Shown here piece after piece: positions 45,812 through 59,024 of a stretch of 64,000 nucleotides of DNA. The translations under genes were made by a program, and so were the position numbers. The first letter of the stretch is position 1. The number at the start of each line of letters is the position of its first letter. The stretch covers positions 861,892 to 925,891 of the forward strand of contig JAWQFM010000022.1 in NCBI GenBank assembly GCA_033442325.1. Direction: 5' to 3'. Origin of the DNA: Salpingoeca rosetta (Eukaryota > Protista > Choanoflagellata). Below the pieces are notes generated by a model that did no database searches, was not told the DNA's origin, and saw only the letters and a program-made list of their open reading frames with translations.

Positions 45812-46548
45812 TGCAGTACATTGCCGGTCCATGTACTGTCATGGCTCTTCGCGCAACCCGCTGCTGCTGCTGATGCCACATGTGTTGTTCACTCACGACT
45901 TTCTCTTGCACGGCTGCGGCTGATTTTGCGGGTGCTTGTGGTTGTGCTCATGGCTCTATGGCCGGACAGGTTACGGCTGGATTGCACCCAAGACAGTGGG
46001 CGGGCGCGTGTTCTGCATCCTGTATTCCGTCATTGGGATCCCCCTCGTCTTTTACATGTTCGCATACCTGGGGCGCAAGATGATGGACATTATCGGCTTC
46101 AGAATATCAAGGTTGGCGCGTTGTGTGTGCGTGTGTGTGTCTGTGTCTGTGTGTGTGTCTGTGTGTGCGTCTATATATGTGTGCGTGAACGACTATGTGT
46201 GTGTGTGTGTAAACGGGTGTGTGTATGAACTGCTTCACGTTCCTCCTCTGTCCCGCTGCATCTCATCACCCCTCATCTCTTTCTCATCTCCTTCCCTTTC
46301 CCTTTACACGGTTATCACACCACCGCCCCTGTAGCTTACGAGAAGGGAGCGAGTACAAACGCAAGCAGCTGCAGAGCGACTCTGTGGTGCTGCCCATGTT
46401 TGTTGCGCTCTTCATCGCCGCGCTACTCATATCCGTATTTGCCATCGCATTCACTTACACGTAAGCATCGTTGAAGCTGTGTGCGTGTGTTTGTGTGTGC
46501 GTTGTGTGTGTGTTGTGTGTGCGTGTGCATGTGTTTGTGTGTGCGCTG

Positions 46549-46584
<36 letters not shown>

Positions 46585-47210
46585 CTGTGATGGTGACTGC
46601 ACCTATGTTATGCGCGTTGAGATGAGTTTGGGATTGTTTCGACCGGGTTGAGCTCGCGTGCTCTCGTTCTCCGTCTCACGCGTTGCCATCACTTGTGTTT
46701 CGTCTCAAACAAACTTACAGGGAAACATGGACATACTTTGAGTCGTTTTACTTTGTCTTCATTACCATGACTACCATTGGTTTTGGCGATTTCGTGCCGG
46801 TGAGTGCGTCATATGTGTGCGTGCGCGCGTGAATGCGTCCGTGTGCCTGTGCCTGTGTTTGTGTCTGTGTTTGTGTTTGTGTTTGTGTTTGTGTCTGCGC
46901 CTGTGCCTGTGCCTGTGTCTGTGTCTGTGTCTATGACCACAGGTTGCACAGTCTACTTGCCACCGCCGACAGTAATGCGAACCCCCACACCCGCCACCCA
47001 CACCCGCACCTCTTCCCGTTGAACCAGACATACCGCGACCACCCCGTACCGCTGATCCTGCAAGTCTTTGGCATCTTCCTGGCCCTTTCCGTCTACTCCT
47101 ACCTCATCAACGTCGCCATTGTTCTCGTCACAAGGTGTGTTGTGTGGGTACGTTGTGTGTGTTGTTGTGTGGGTACGTTGTCTTGTGTGTGTGTGTATGT
47201 GTGTGTATGT

Positions 47211-47272
<62 letters not shown>

Positions 47273-47853
47273 TTATGTTGTTTCATGCGCGTGGGGGTGA
47301 ACCTGCATGTTGCGTCGAGGTGCCTGCAAGCAGTGCGTGTGTGACGTCGGTGTGTGCCATTGACTGAGTTGCCCACGCTTACCTTGCTCCTGCACGCACA
47401 CCAGGTTGGTGCACAACGTCACTCGCAAGAGCCTCTCCCGGATGGATATTCGCGGAACGGGTCACATTGGCCCAGCAGAGGTGCGTCTCGCTGGATTTGT
47501 CTGTTGCTATTGCTGCCGCTGCCATTCATGGTCGTCTCTTTCGTCCTCTCACGTGGCCCATTGCACTGCACTCACAAACAACGCTACTCTGTCTCCCGTT
47601 GCATGCTATCGCTCCGCTGCAAACCTGTTTTTTTTTTCTCTCTCTGGCTTGCGGTTTTAGTTTGTTTACTGCCTGCTCGGGCGCACACAAGATCGCCGGC
47701 TGCGCTACCAGGCGCAACTGCTCGACGCTGTGCTGCAGAAGGACCTGGATTACACTGCACGGGCTGCCATTCTCCAGGAATGGGGCCAGGCCGTCGCCTT
47801 GGGCTTCAAGCACCTCCAGCTTCCACGTGGCCTCAAGCTCTACATCGTGCTCG

Positions 47854-47922
<69 letters not shown>

Positions 47923-50423
47923 CGTGTGCGGTCTGTGTGTGTTCACATATGTGCATGTCTGTGTTTGTGTTTGTCTGTGTGTGTCTGTGTGCATGTCCTG
48001 TCGTTGATATACGGAGTACGTGAATGCTGTGACCAAGACATGGCTCTCAACATCAATACCATCACACCCGCCCTCATCACTAGGCGGTCCCGCGTCGGGC
48101 AAGACGCTCATGTGCAAGAAGCTCGCCTCGAAATACGGCCTCGAACGCATCGACGTACGTATTTTCACACCAGTTGCTTGAGAACTCTGTGTGCATCTTT
48201 GTGACGTTGCTCCCAACTTGCTGCGCTCTCACGTTGCTTCAAATTACCCTCTCTGCGTCACAATTACACGCCTGCATGCTCCCACACCACACGCACACAC
48301 GCACACACGCAGGTTGAGCGGCTGATTCTACTTGAGGTGCTGTCGGAGACGGGTCGGGGGCGGGCCATTGAATCGCTCATCAACCACGGCTGCGTCCTGC
48401 CGAAACAGGTCATCTTGGACCTCATCATCTCTCGACTCAAAAAGGTCGATTGTGTGTGTGTGTGTGTGTGCGTGTGCGTGTGCGTGTTTCGATCTGCTGT
48501 GTCTGTACCTCCTTGCGTTCGTTTGCGTTGCCTGCAAGCAGCTTTTGTGCACACACCTCGCCGCCACCTCTGCTGTCCTCACGCTTCCTCTCATTTCGGT
48601 CCTGCCTTGCGTTGTTTGTGCTGCATCGGTGCAGCTGCCACCCAACTGCTCTTGTATTTTGGACGGCTTTCCACTGGACGTGCACCAAGCCCGTTTCCTC
48701 GAGCAAGAAGTGTGTAGACCACTTTGCAGTGAACAATGTGATGTTTCGTGCTTGCATGCACACACACACACACACACTCTCTCTCTCTCTCTTATCATTT
48801 CTACGTTGTCTCTATGTTTGGTGTTCCAAAGCACACGCTCGCATACACACAGAGAGAATACTCAACAACATGCACTCACTCACTCACTCACTCTAACTCA
48901 CTCGATCACTCACTCACTCACTCACGCAACCCCACACATCACGCGCACCGCGGCGGCAGTGCAAGTATGCGGAGCGCGTGTTTCTACTGCAGTGCAGCGA
49001 CGAATTGCTTGAGGAGCGGCTGTTCCAGATGGACAGGTCGGTAGTGTTTGGCATTCGCGCCCTGCTAGGCCCGCGCCTGCAGTCGCAGCCTTCGTCCCCG
49101 CACGCAACAACAGAGCAGCCGCGTGCGCGGGGTGTTGGCGGTGGACACGGGCAGTCGCACTTGCAAGGACGCGAGTCGCTTCTCTCCGCAGAATCGCCAT
49201 CAGCGTCGCTTGAAGACAACAATGACGCGGACAACGGCAACGGGAGGAGGAAGAGGAGCAGCAGGGACAAGGCGGTTGGCACTGGTGTTGGGAGGTGGGC
49301 ACAGCGCATGGAGGCAACGGGTGTTGATGTGGCGCATGAGCGGTCCACTTCCATGCTGATTAATGGCCAACCAGAGTCGATCCGAGAGGAGGATGAAGGT
49401 GGCGGTGATGGTGGTGACGCAACAGCAGAAACAATAACGACAGCTGCTTCTGGTGGTGAGCATGATGGACACCAGCCCTCGAAATCACGCGTACGATCCA
49501 CACACGCAGCGCCGCCCACCATTGCAGAAACAGCGATTGGCAGCAACAGCGCACGAGGCAGCCATGGCGCCAGCCGCGTGGTGGTAAAGAAGAACGGGCA
49601 CAGCAGCGACGGCAGACCACCAATGCTGCCGTACACAGCGCCAGCAACAGCGACTACAAGGACCAGCCCACCCACAACGACAACTACCGCCGGCACAAGT
49701 GTCAATGACGAGTCGCCCGCCACGCTGTCAACTGCAGAGTCCATCAACACTCGCAGCCAACACGGCAGCAACACTGGCGGTGGTCACAAGGGTCACGGAC
49801 GGTCAGAGCGGGGCAGCAGCGGCGATGGGAAGCGGGGGTTCCTGCAGCGACAACCGAAGCACAGCGTGTCGATTGAGATTGAGGACTTGGAAGGACGCGT
49901 GCACGAGGAGCCGCATGGCAGCAGCGGTGTTGGCCACGGCGGCCACGGTGTTAGCGGGGTGCAGACAGAGGCGTTGGAGCAAGTGGTGGAGAGCAGGAGC
50001 ACGCAGGAACAGGACGGTGTTGGGAGCAGTGTCAGCCGCATCTCAAGCTCGTCACAGCTGCGACCCAACGTGTCTGCGCTAGTGAAGAGTCGCAGCATGG
50101 ACACGGACAACCGACCGCGTCGCACGCGCCTGCGCCGCTCATCTGAGGACAGCAGCGGGCGGCGGGAGCTTAGCCACGTGGCGTCGCGCAACTCGCTGTT
50201 CTTCCAAGGGCTCCTGCGTGAAATCAAGGCATCCACCCCGACAGCGACGAAGAAGAAGTGGCGAAAGGCAAAGTCGCCCTCACGCCGGCACTCGCTCTCC
50301 CCGGAGGACATGCCGCACGCCAGCGTCTCCTCGCAGCCGCCAGAAGTGCTGGATGAGGTACGGACATGGCATGATGATGGTGGTGTGCGTTGCATTGTTG
50401 TTGTTGAAGTTGTTGTTGTTTAA

Positions 50424-50455
<32 letters not shown>

Positions 50456-50538
50456 AGTTGTTGTTGTTGTTTAAGTTGTTGTTTAGGTTGTTGTTTAAGT
50501 TGTTGTTTAGGTTGTTGTTGTTTAAGTTGTTGTTTAAG

Positions 50539-50575
<37 letters not shown>

Positions 50576-50577
50576 AG

Positions 50578-50634
<57 letters not shown>

Positions 50635-50983
50635 TGCGCATTACGAGGTCACTGCCGCCGTCCACTTTGCTGCTGCCTTCTCACGCGTGCGCGCTATTCT
50701 TCCTGCCTTGAAACACAACTGCAGTTCAATGACGACCTGCTGCGAAGATGGCAGGAGAACAAGGTTGCATTGCGTGATTATTTCCAATCGCATTTGCACG
50801 AGGTACGCCCGCTGGTTGGCCTTGCCTGCAAGCAAGCAAGCTTGGTTTACGCCGATTAGCTCCCGGCTCGTTGGCTTGCACGCTGTTTGCTTCGCGCATG
50901 CAGTATGACTGTCTACATGAACTGCAGTGAAGACAAGCCCTTGCTTGAATTGAGTTGGACATTGGCGTACTCACCTCGTTCTC

Positions 50984-51058
<75 letters not shown>

Positions 51059-51633
51059 AGATTGACGCGGAGCAGTCGATTGACGACACGTTTGAGAGCT
51101 TGTGCCGGGCGTTTGAATCGTCACAGGACTCGTCCTTCCTTGAAGACTTCTCCACGCTTTCGGGCAACTTCCCCATGCCAGGCGCCACGTACCCAGAGCA
51201 GCCGAGCGGCAGGCGCGCATCAAAGGCGGCACTGAAGCGGGGTCAGCACCACCGCCGTGACAAGAACACGAGTGCAAGCGGGAGTCGTGTTGGTCGCGGT
51301 GATGCCTCCAACCCAACCGCTGCAACAAACGCAAGCGCCACAACACATGCTGTTGGAGACGGCTCCAAGCCCTCATCAGCGGCAGGCGCACGGCGCAGGG
51401 GCGGTCACCGCGACGACGGTGGTGGTGGTGGCGGTGATCGTGGTGATGGCGATGCAAGGGAAAGTGCGGTTGCAACCTCGGCAGCGGCGACTGGAACTGC
51501 TGGAGGTGAGCTGATCGGACCACAGACAAGCCGTCCGTCATCGCACGCGAGCCACCGCCAGTTATCGCGCTCAACCTCGCTTCCGTCGCACCCGTCATCC
51601 CCAGACACACAGGCCGAGATTATCGTCTTGTAG
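44900..51633 (+). CDS. Two-pore-domain (K2P/KCNK-like) potassium channel fused to a C-terminal adenylate/NMP-kinase-like domain; ~14 exons (44900-45076, 45471-45651, 45970-46111, 46335-46460, 46721-46799, 47028-47134, 47405-47480, 47712-47853, 48084-48154, 48313-48444, 48635-48709, 48960-50357, 50725-50802, 51061-51633)
   Basis: K2P part: M1 [14 protein letters not shown]1 [27 protein letters not shown]2 [16 protein letters not shown]2 [24 protein letters not shown], then M4. In-phase exons continue into [49 protein letters not shown] and [16 protein letters not shown], an adenylate kinase fold. Confidence 0.85.
50394..50634. repeat. (GTT)n microsatellite with periodic TTTAAG/TTTAGG interruptions, intronic in the K2P gene
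   Basis: Direct observation; lies inside intron 50358-50724. Confidence 0.95.
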
Positions 51634-51656
51634 CACGCCTGCGCGTAAGTGAGTTT

Positions 51657-51732
<76 letters not shown>

Positions 51733-52381
51733 AGGTGCACGTCACGGGGTCACCACTGCTGAACTTGCGCTCACCCTCGATGTGTGTGTGTGTGTGTGTT
51801 GATGACCTATTGACTTGCGTGTCCCTGTGATGCGTACGTTTGGTTGGTGCCATTGCATTGTCCACAGGCCTCAGTCTCGCTTGCCTGTTTGCAGTGCACG
51901 AGTGTTGTTGTGTGTTCTTGGTGATTGAGTTTGTCCTCATCTTCGTCATTGTCTTCACTTTCCTCCCTTCCGCCGCAAGTGAGTTCTTTTGCTCACAACC
52001 ACTCGCTTCTTCCTGTCGATACCTGCCTGTCCTTGTACAGTTGTACATATCTAGCCCCTGATAGAACCATGTTCTGCTGACTGTTGATGTGCTGTGTCAC
52101 TGTATCATTCATTCACCTACCCCCGTTGTCAAGTAGTTGTTGCTGTTCCATGTGAGAGACCATGCACTCTACTCTGTTGACCGTCTCGCTCGCCCTTCGG
52201 GACCATAAACTGTCAACCCAAACACGACGTTCTCGTTGCTGTTCCTGCTTGCTTATCTTGTTTGGAGATAGGGATTGGGTGTGCTTGCATGCAAGCGTGT
52301 AGTGCAGTGCGCTCTCTGCTCTGTCGCACATACAAAGCCACTATCACATGTGATACACAATTGGCAGGGAGCTGTGAAGTA

Positions 52382-52455
<74 letters not shown>

Positions 52456-52602
52456 GCACGCACGCACACAGGTTTCCACGCTCCATGTCCATGCACTTTT
52501 CGTCGTTTTCATGTCAAATACACACACACACAAAAAAAAAAAAGCAACCCAAGGCATGGGAGAAGAAACAGCAAATCAGCAACCCTAACATAGCTGTGGC
52601 GA

Positions 52603-55358
52603 TTGGCAGCGGTTGCTTGTGCCAGCTGCAGCAAGCACACGCCACCTTTAGAGGCGGCACAGCGCATCGCCACCCTCACCGGCCACAGCAGCAAGGTGAC
52701 CGCGTCTGCGTTCAGCCACGGCTCCCCCTGTCGCCTGCTCTGCACCGCGTCTGACGATGCCGTGCTTCTGTGGGGTCTGGCGGACGGCTCCTGCGCCCGC
52801 CTCCTCGACGCACCCCCAGACACGCCGCACCACATCGCCTTCAACCCAACCAACCAGTTCCTCGCCCTGTGCGTGGGCTCCCTCATCTACATCGCTTCCC
52901 CATCCGACAGCACCATCACCTGCGTGCTCGAGGGCCATGCTGGCATGGTCACAAGCGCGGCCTTTGGGCTGGCACACCCGGCCTTCCTCGTCTCTGCCGA
53001 CGACGATCGCCGCTTCAAGGTGTGGGACGTGGCCAGGAAGTCTCTGCTGTTCCAGTCGCAGTACGAAACGCCTGCGCCGTTCACGGCCGCTTGCTTTGAC
53101 ACGGAGGGGTACCGCTTGTTCCTTGGCGCATCAGATGGGTCGCTGCACGTGTTCCAGCTGGAGCCGACAGGCGTGTGCCGCCGCATCGCCACCGTGGACT
53201 GCAAGCGACTCGCAACCAAGCTGCTGCAGACAGCAACACTCGCCCGCACCGCAGCAACAGGTCCGACACCTGCACCTCCTCCAGTCCCGGCCATGGCGCC
53301 CGGATTACAACCGCAGCAGAGGCGGCATGTCCCCGGGCGCTGGGGCCTGACGCGTGAGGCAACAGCGGAGGAGGCCGTGGACACGTTTGGTGTCGCCTCT
53401 ACCCAAACCGCAGCACCAACAGTTGTGTCGAGCGAGACGAGTGCGCCCGCGCTTGCGGCGTGGAAGCGAAGCCAGTCCACGGCGAGTCATGAGGGTGGCG
53501 CGGTCACGGTGGCGGATGGTGTTGGACGTGTTGGAAACGAGAGCAACAGCAAAGGCAGTGTAGGTGGTGTCAGTGGTGGGCTTGAGTGCCAGGGCGTGAG
53601 CGACGACTTACTTGACGATGACATGACCATCCTTGCCATCGGTCGCATCATGTACGATGATGCGGCTCCACTCCAACAGCAACAACAGCAGCAACGTGGC
53701 CATGGCGTGGATGATGAGCAGCAGCGCTCGTCCCGTGCCATGCAGGAGTACCTGCAGATGGTTGGAGGAGCGACACACGACAGCGTGCATACGGCATCGT
53801 CCTCTGTGCTCGGGTCCTTGCAGGCGCAGCGGACACGCATGGCAATTGCGACATCGCAGGCGCTCGTGCTGCTTAATGGCCACACGTTCAAAGGCGCCGG
53901 TGTCTACAGATGGGCAAGAGAGGAGGACTGGACCAGCTATCCGCCTGCATCGCAGGCCACGTTGCCAGCCAGCATTGCATCATGTCACCTGTCCTCTGCG
54001 CGCGTGTCGTGTGAAACATGTGGGATTGACGTCACCCTCGCATCGGTTGCCGGTGCATTTCAACGCGCCGTCCACACCATCGCCCTCAGTCGGCGCGCCA
54101 CGCCTCTTGTTGCTGGTGTTGGCGATGGGGGTGGCAGTGGTGATGAGGGTAGTACGAAGAAGGAGGATGCGAGAGGGAGTGGTGTATCTATTCAGGGAGC
54201 ATGGAGTACGGGGGAAACAACAACAACACAAGAGAGGGGGCGAGAGGAGACAGCCACGCTGTCCATGTTACCAATGGATGACGTGTTAGCCCAACTGCAC
54301 AGGGAAGGTACGTGTGTGCGTGTGTGCTTACATGTGCGTGTGTGCTTACATGTGTGTGTGCGTGTGTGGGCGCTGCACAACATATCCTCTTCTCACTTCG
54401 CCAACGACACACACACGTACACGTGTCTCCAGCTGCCACGGCTGCGCAGTGCTCGCTGTCTGTTCAGGCGACGGCGCCGCTTGAAAGCAACTCGCCGCTA
54501 CACGCCGTGCTGCAGCCAAAGCCGCCCGCCTCAAAGAAGGTCCGCATGTGCGTGTGTATGGTGGGAGGAAGGAGACACTTTGGGTGGGGTGGGTTGCGCG
54601 TACTCTGGCTTGTCTGCACACAGAAATCAAGCGCGTTGTACGCAAACACCAAGCAACACTCGAACATTGACATACACACATACACACACACGCACACACG
54701 CACGCACGCACGCACACACACACACACACATACACACACGCACGCACGCACACACACACACACACATCATTCACACCTCTGCCACGACCACCAGAGCAAG
54801 TCGGCTGGGCGGCGACCGAAGAAGCTGCCATCTGGTCGAAGGGCAACGAGGACCGACCAGGCTGTTACATTCCGCACATCGATCAAGAGTTCAGGTGAAG
54901 AAGCTGCGACGTTGATTTTGGGAGGCGGGAGGGGGGAGGCGGAGTTGACAGCATGTGCACGCCATTGGTACAGCACATATCAAGTACCATTGCCATTGAG
55001 CTGCTGCCTGTGTACCCCCATCACCACCACCGTCACTGGCACCAACACCATCATCGATGCTCACATTGCGTCACCACTGTCCATGCACAGGGTACACGGC
55101 TGCGCCTCGCCGCGGAATGTTCACGCCAGCAACACTCAAACCACTCAAACCGCGCTCATCATCTGCATCAGCAGCGCTGTCGTCGTCGTCATCATCGTCA
55201 TCGCATCGGTTTGGGCGGCCGGGGTCTCGTGATCTTCTGAATCGAAAACCACTCGGTAAACCGTTGCTGGGGACAGGGTGTGGGGGTTGGGGTTGAAAAG
55301 TTGGAGTAGAGTATGGAGGGAAGGAAGCGGGGTGGCGTGGATGTGTGTGTGTGTGTGT

Positions 55359-55423
<65 letters not shown>

Positions 55424-56048
55424 CGTTCGTCAAACCGATTTGGTGGAGCGAGACAAGGTACTAACTGCTGGGAGCAAGTACACACGCATGACAACATCTG
55501 TCCTCTCACCCATCCATCCACGCCTTCCTGCCTCCTTTGGGTGCCTGCCGCTGCAGGGGATGTGAGCCGATATCCACTTGATGGCCCGCCACCATCGCGC
55601 CTCATCGACACAAAACCGCTGACGGCGACAACACACACGTGCGGTGCTGTTGGCCTTGCACTGAACCAGGAGGGGACGGGCGTGTGCGCATGGCTCTCCG
55701 ATCGCACCGTGCACGCGCTCCCATCTCGCCTCTCCAGCGAGAAGCCAAGCCGTGTTGGCGTGGCGCACAACGCAACGGTGAGCGGGCGTGGACGTTTCTC
55801 ACTCATTAACGCTCTTCCTTCGCTTGCGCGCTCGCGCGAGTGAGATGTGTGTGTATACGTGTGTCTGTGCGTTTGTGTATACGTGTGTGTTGGCTTTCAC
55901 TGTCCTCTTCCGTTTCGCTGCCCTCAACATCACCATCATGGTCATCGTTGTGGACAGGTGACGCGGGCGTCGTGGTCCCTGGATGGGCGGTGGATTCTCT
56001 CCGCTGCCGCTGATGAACACCCGATTGTCTGGAATCCAGACAAGGTCG

Positions 56049-56114
<66 letters not shown>

Positions 56115-56422
56115 ACTGCATCAATTTGCAAGTATGAACGCATTGTGTTGTGTGCGTGCGAGATTGAACGCATTGTGTTGTGTGCGTGCGAGATTGAGCG
56201 CAGAGTTGACGCTGATCCTCCGGTGGCCGTGCTTCGCATGTCGACCCTCCGTCACAACTTCAAGCAGAAGGCGCAAGATACGACGCCAAACCCGCCCATG
56301 ACGGTGTGTGTTCCGTGTGGTCAGCGCTTTTTGACCTTATTTCTCTCTGTTCAAGTACACATTGAGCGCGCTGCTGCTCGCACCACCCACGTCATCGTCC
56401 TTTGTTCCTCTCTGTTCCTTTG

Positions 56423-56477
<55 letters not shown>

Positions 56478-56509
56478 CACACACACACACGCTCACTCAC
56501 TCACTCACT

Positions 56510-56566
<57 letters not shown>

Positions 56567-57412
56567 CGTGCGTGTGAGCAGAAGTTGCGGGATGCGCAGT
56601 TTTATTACATGGACCGCTTCATCCTCACCGCCCACGGCACCGATGTCTGCATGTACAAGTACCACCTCGACCCAACAGGTGCCGTGCCATTTTGATGTGC
56701 GTGTGTGTGCGTGTGTGCGTGTGTGGTGTGAAGTGGGTGCTGCATTGGTTGCCATTGTCACACATCTCTTCTCCTCATACGAACACACACACACACACAC
56801 ACCTTTCCATTCCTTGTTGCAGTTGATGACATCAAGCGATATGTGAACAAGAGCAAATACAAGATGGTCGTGTCGCTTCGAAACAGACAGGCGCACGTGC
56901 GTACGGCCCTGTCAGCCCTGGATCTGTTCAACGTCTCTGTTTCTCTGCTCTTGCTGACAATTATACCATGTACCTCCCTGCTTCCCTTGCGCTTCCTACA
57001 CACTCTTGCACGCACACGCACACACGCATTCTCACCCACCTTCTTCTTGTTGTTGTTGTTGTTGTTGTGCTGTGTGTACACGGCCGCAGGCGCTGACATG
57101 TCTGTCCGCAGTGAACAGTTTCCACAGCCACATCGTCCTCGCCGCCGCCTCCGACCGCTCGATCTCCATCTTCGACATGAACCGGGTGAGCACGATGGTG
57201 ATGGTGGTGGTGGTGGTGGTGGCAGTGATGCCGATGGTCGTGGATGGTGCTGCATTATGGTGGTGGTGGCGGGCATGGCGACCGCAGGCATCGGGCGTTG
57301 TTCTTTCTTTATCGTGGGTGTGGCTTGGTGTGGAGTTGTGTGAAACAGTCGCCTTCTGTTGATCATTGGGCTTGTTCACCTGTCGTGTTCATCCATTCAC
57401 TCACGTGTCACG

Positions 57413-57452
<40 letters not shown>

Positions 57453-58106
57453 CACAAACGTCACACCTGCAATCTTACGCTCTTCTTGCCTGCAGGCAAC
57501 GCTTGCGCACACGATACAGCGTGCGCACTCGCGGTCGATTTACCGCATTGCGCAACACCACGGCTCCCCGGTTGTGTCGCATCCACCAGACGCATACAAC
57601 CTCTTCCTCACCGGCGCCCTCTCCGATGGCATTGCGCTCTGGGACATTCGTGCAAACGAGTGCGTGCGTGCGTGTGTGTCTGTGTGCGTGCGTGCGTGTG
57701 TGTCTGTGTGTCTGTGTCTGTGTGTCTGTGTGCATGTGTCTGTCTGCTTGGTGGGCGTGTCGTCAGCCTGTGTTCTGCTCGTAGGCTTGCGCCTTCTCTA
57801 CGCGTACTTGTTTCCCTTCTATCCCCTCACACATTCCACCCGTTCCCGTCTCCAACTCCCCCTTTCCGCTCATCCCTCATCCCACCTTCTTTCTCTTCAA
57901 TTCACTTGTGCAGGAGTGTGCGCAAGTTTACGCAGCACACGTCCCGCGCTGTCCCCGTTGGCTTTGAGTTCAGCCCCTGCGGCCGGTTTGTCATGTGCGG
58001 ATCAGAGGACAAGGCCGCCTACGTCTACGATATCCGGTGCCGTGCTGCTGACATGTTGGCTGTCCATGATGCAATTGCCCAACACTGTGCGCAATCCACT
58101 GCCCTT

Positions 58107-58170
<64 letters not shown>

Positions 58171-58705
58171 AACACACACACACACACATCATGCCATCCC
58201 AGCATGTGTATGTGTGTGTGTGCCGGTGCATAGCACGCATCCTCACCTTGACCTTATGTGGCATCATGCACTTGCTTGTGCTCGGTTACTTGCAACCTTA
58301 CACATACCACTCCAGACAAGGCCTGCTGCTGAACAAGCTTGGATCTCACCTCGATGTCGTCACAGATGTCGCGCATCATCCACTCAAGCCCGTGGTGTGT
58401 ATCTGTAGGTGATGCAAACGACACTTGCACCTGCACACACACACACACACTAATACATACACCACCACACATAGACACATTCAAACACAGACGTCGTCAC
58501 GCGCACAGCGGCTGTACATACACTTTTACATGCATCACCACACATACATACGTGCACACATGCAAACCCAGACGTCATCACGCACACACATACACACATG
58601 CACACACACAGCGGCTAATCAGACGTCGTGGTGCGTGTGTTGGATTGGTTGCAGGTGTTTACGTCGTGCATGGATGGCCGGCTACGGGTGTTTGGACCTC
58701 CATGA
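52603..58705 (+). CDS. WDR27: WD repeat-containing protein 27; start codon / first exon uncertain (upstream of ~52603)
   Basis: Motifs [26 protein letters not shown]...[33 protein letters not shown]...[62 protein letters not shown] and [23 protein letters not shown]. Ends [16 protein letters not shown]. Confidence 0.88.
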
Positions 58706-58861
58706 TATCGCGCGTGCGTGCCCACGCTCGCTTGGTGTTATCTGAACGATAAATGCGCACCATGTGACAGCCATGACGCGTGCAGCAATGACGTGTGTAG
58801 CCACGATGCGTGAAGCAATGGGGAAGAAAGCGACGACACACACATCACGCACGCACACACA

Positions 58862-58905
<44 letters not shown>

Positions 58906-59024
58906 CACACACACACATCACACACAAACACACACACACACACACATCCGCACAGTCGATGGTTTGCGGCGATGCACACGAATTTTCTACAACGTCAACA
59001 GCGCAACAACAACAGACAACCACC

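Noticed and set aside
50394-50634. TTTAGG units as interstitial telomeric repeats
   Set aside because: Only isolated TTTAGG/TTTAAG interruptions in a (GTT)n intron microsatellite, not a tandem telomeric array.
58764-59024. N-terminal extension of the TIR-ARM ORF from GTG 58764
   Set aside because: It runs through a (CA)n tract; ATG 59025 in ACCATG context directly precedes the TIR domain and is the more plausible start.
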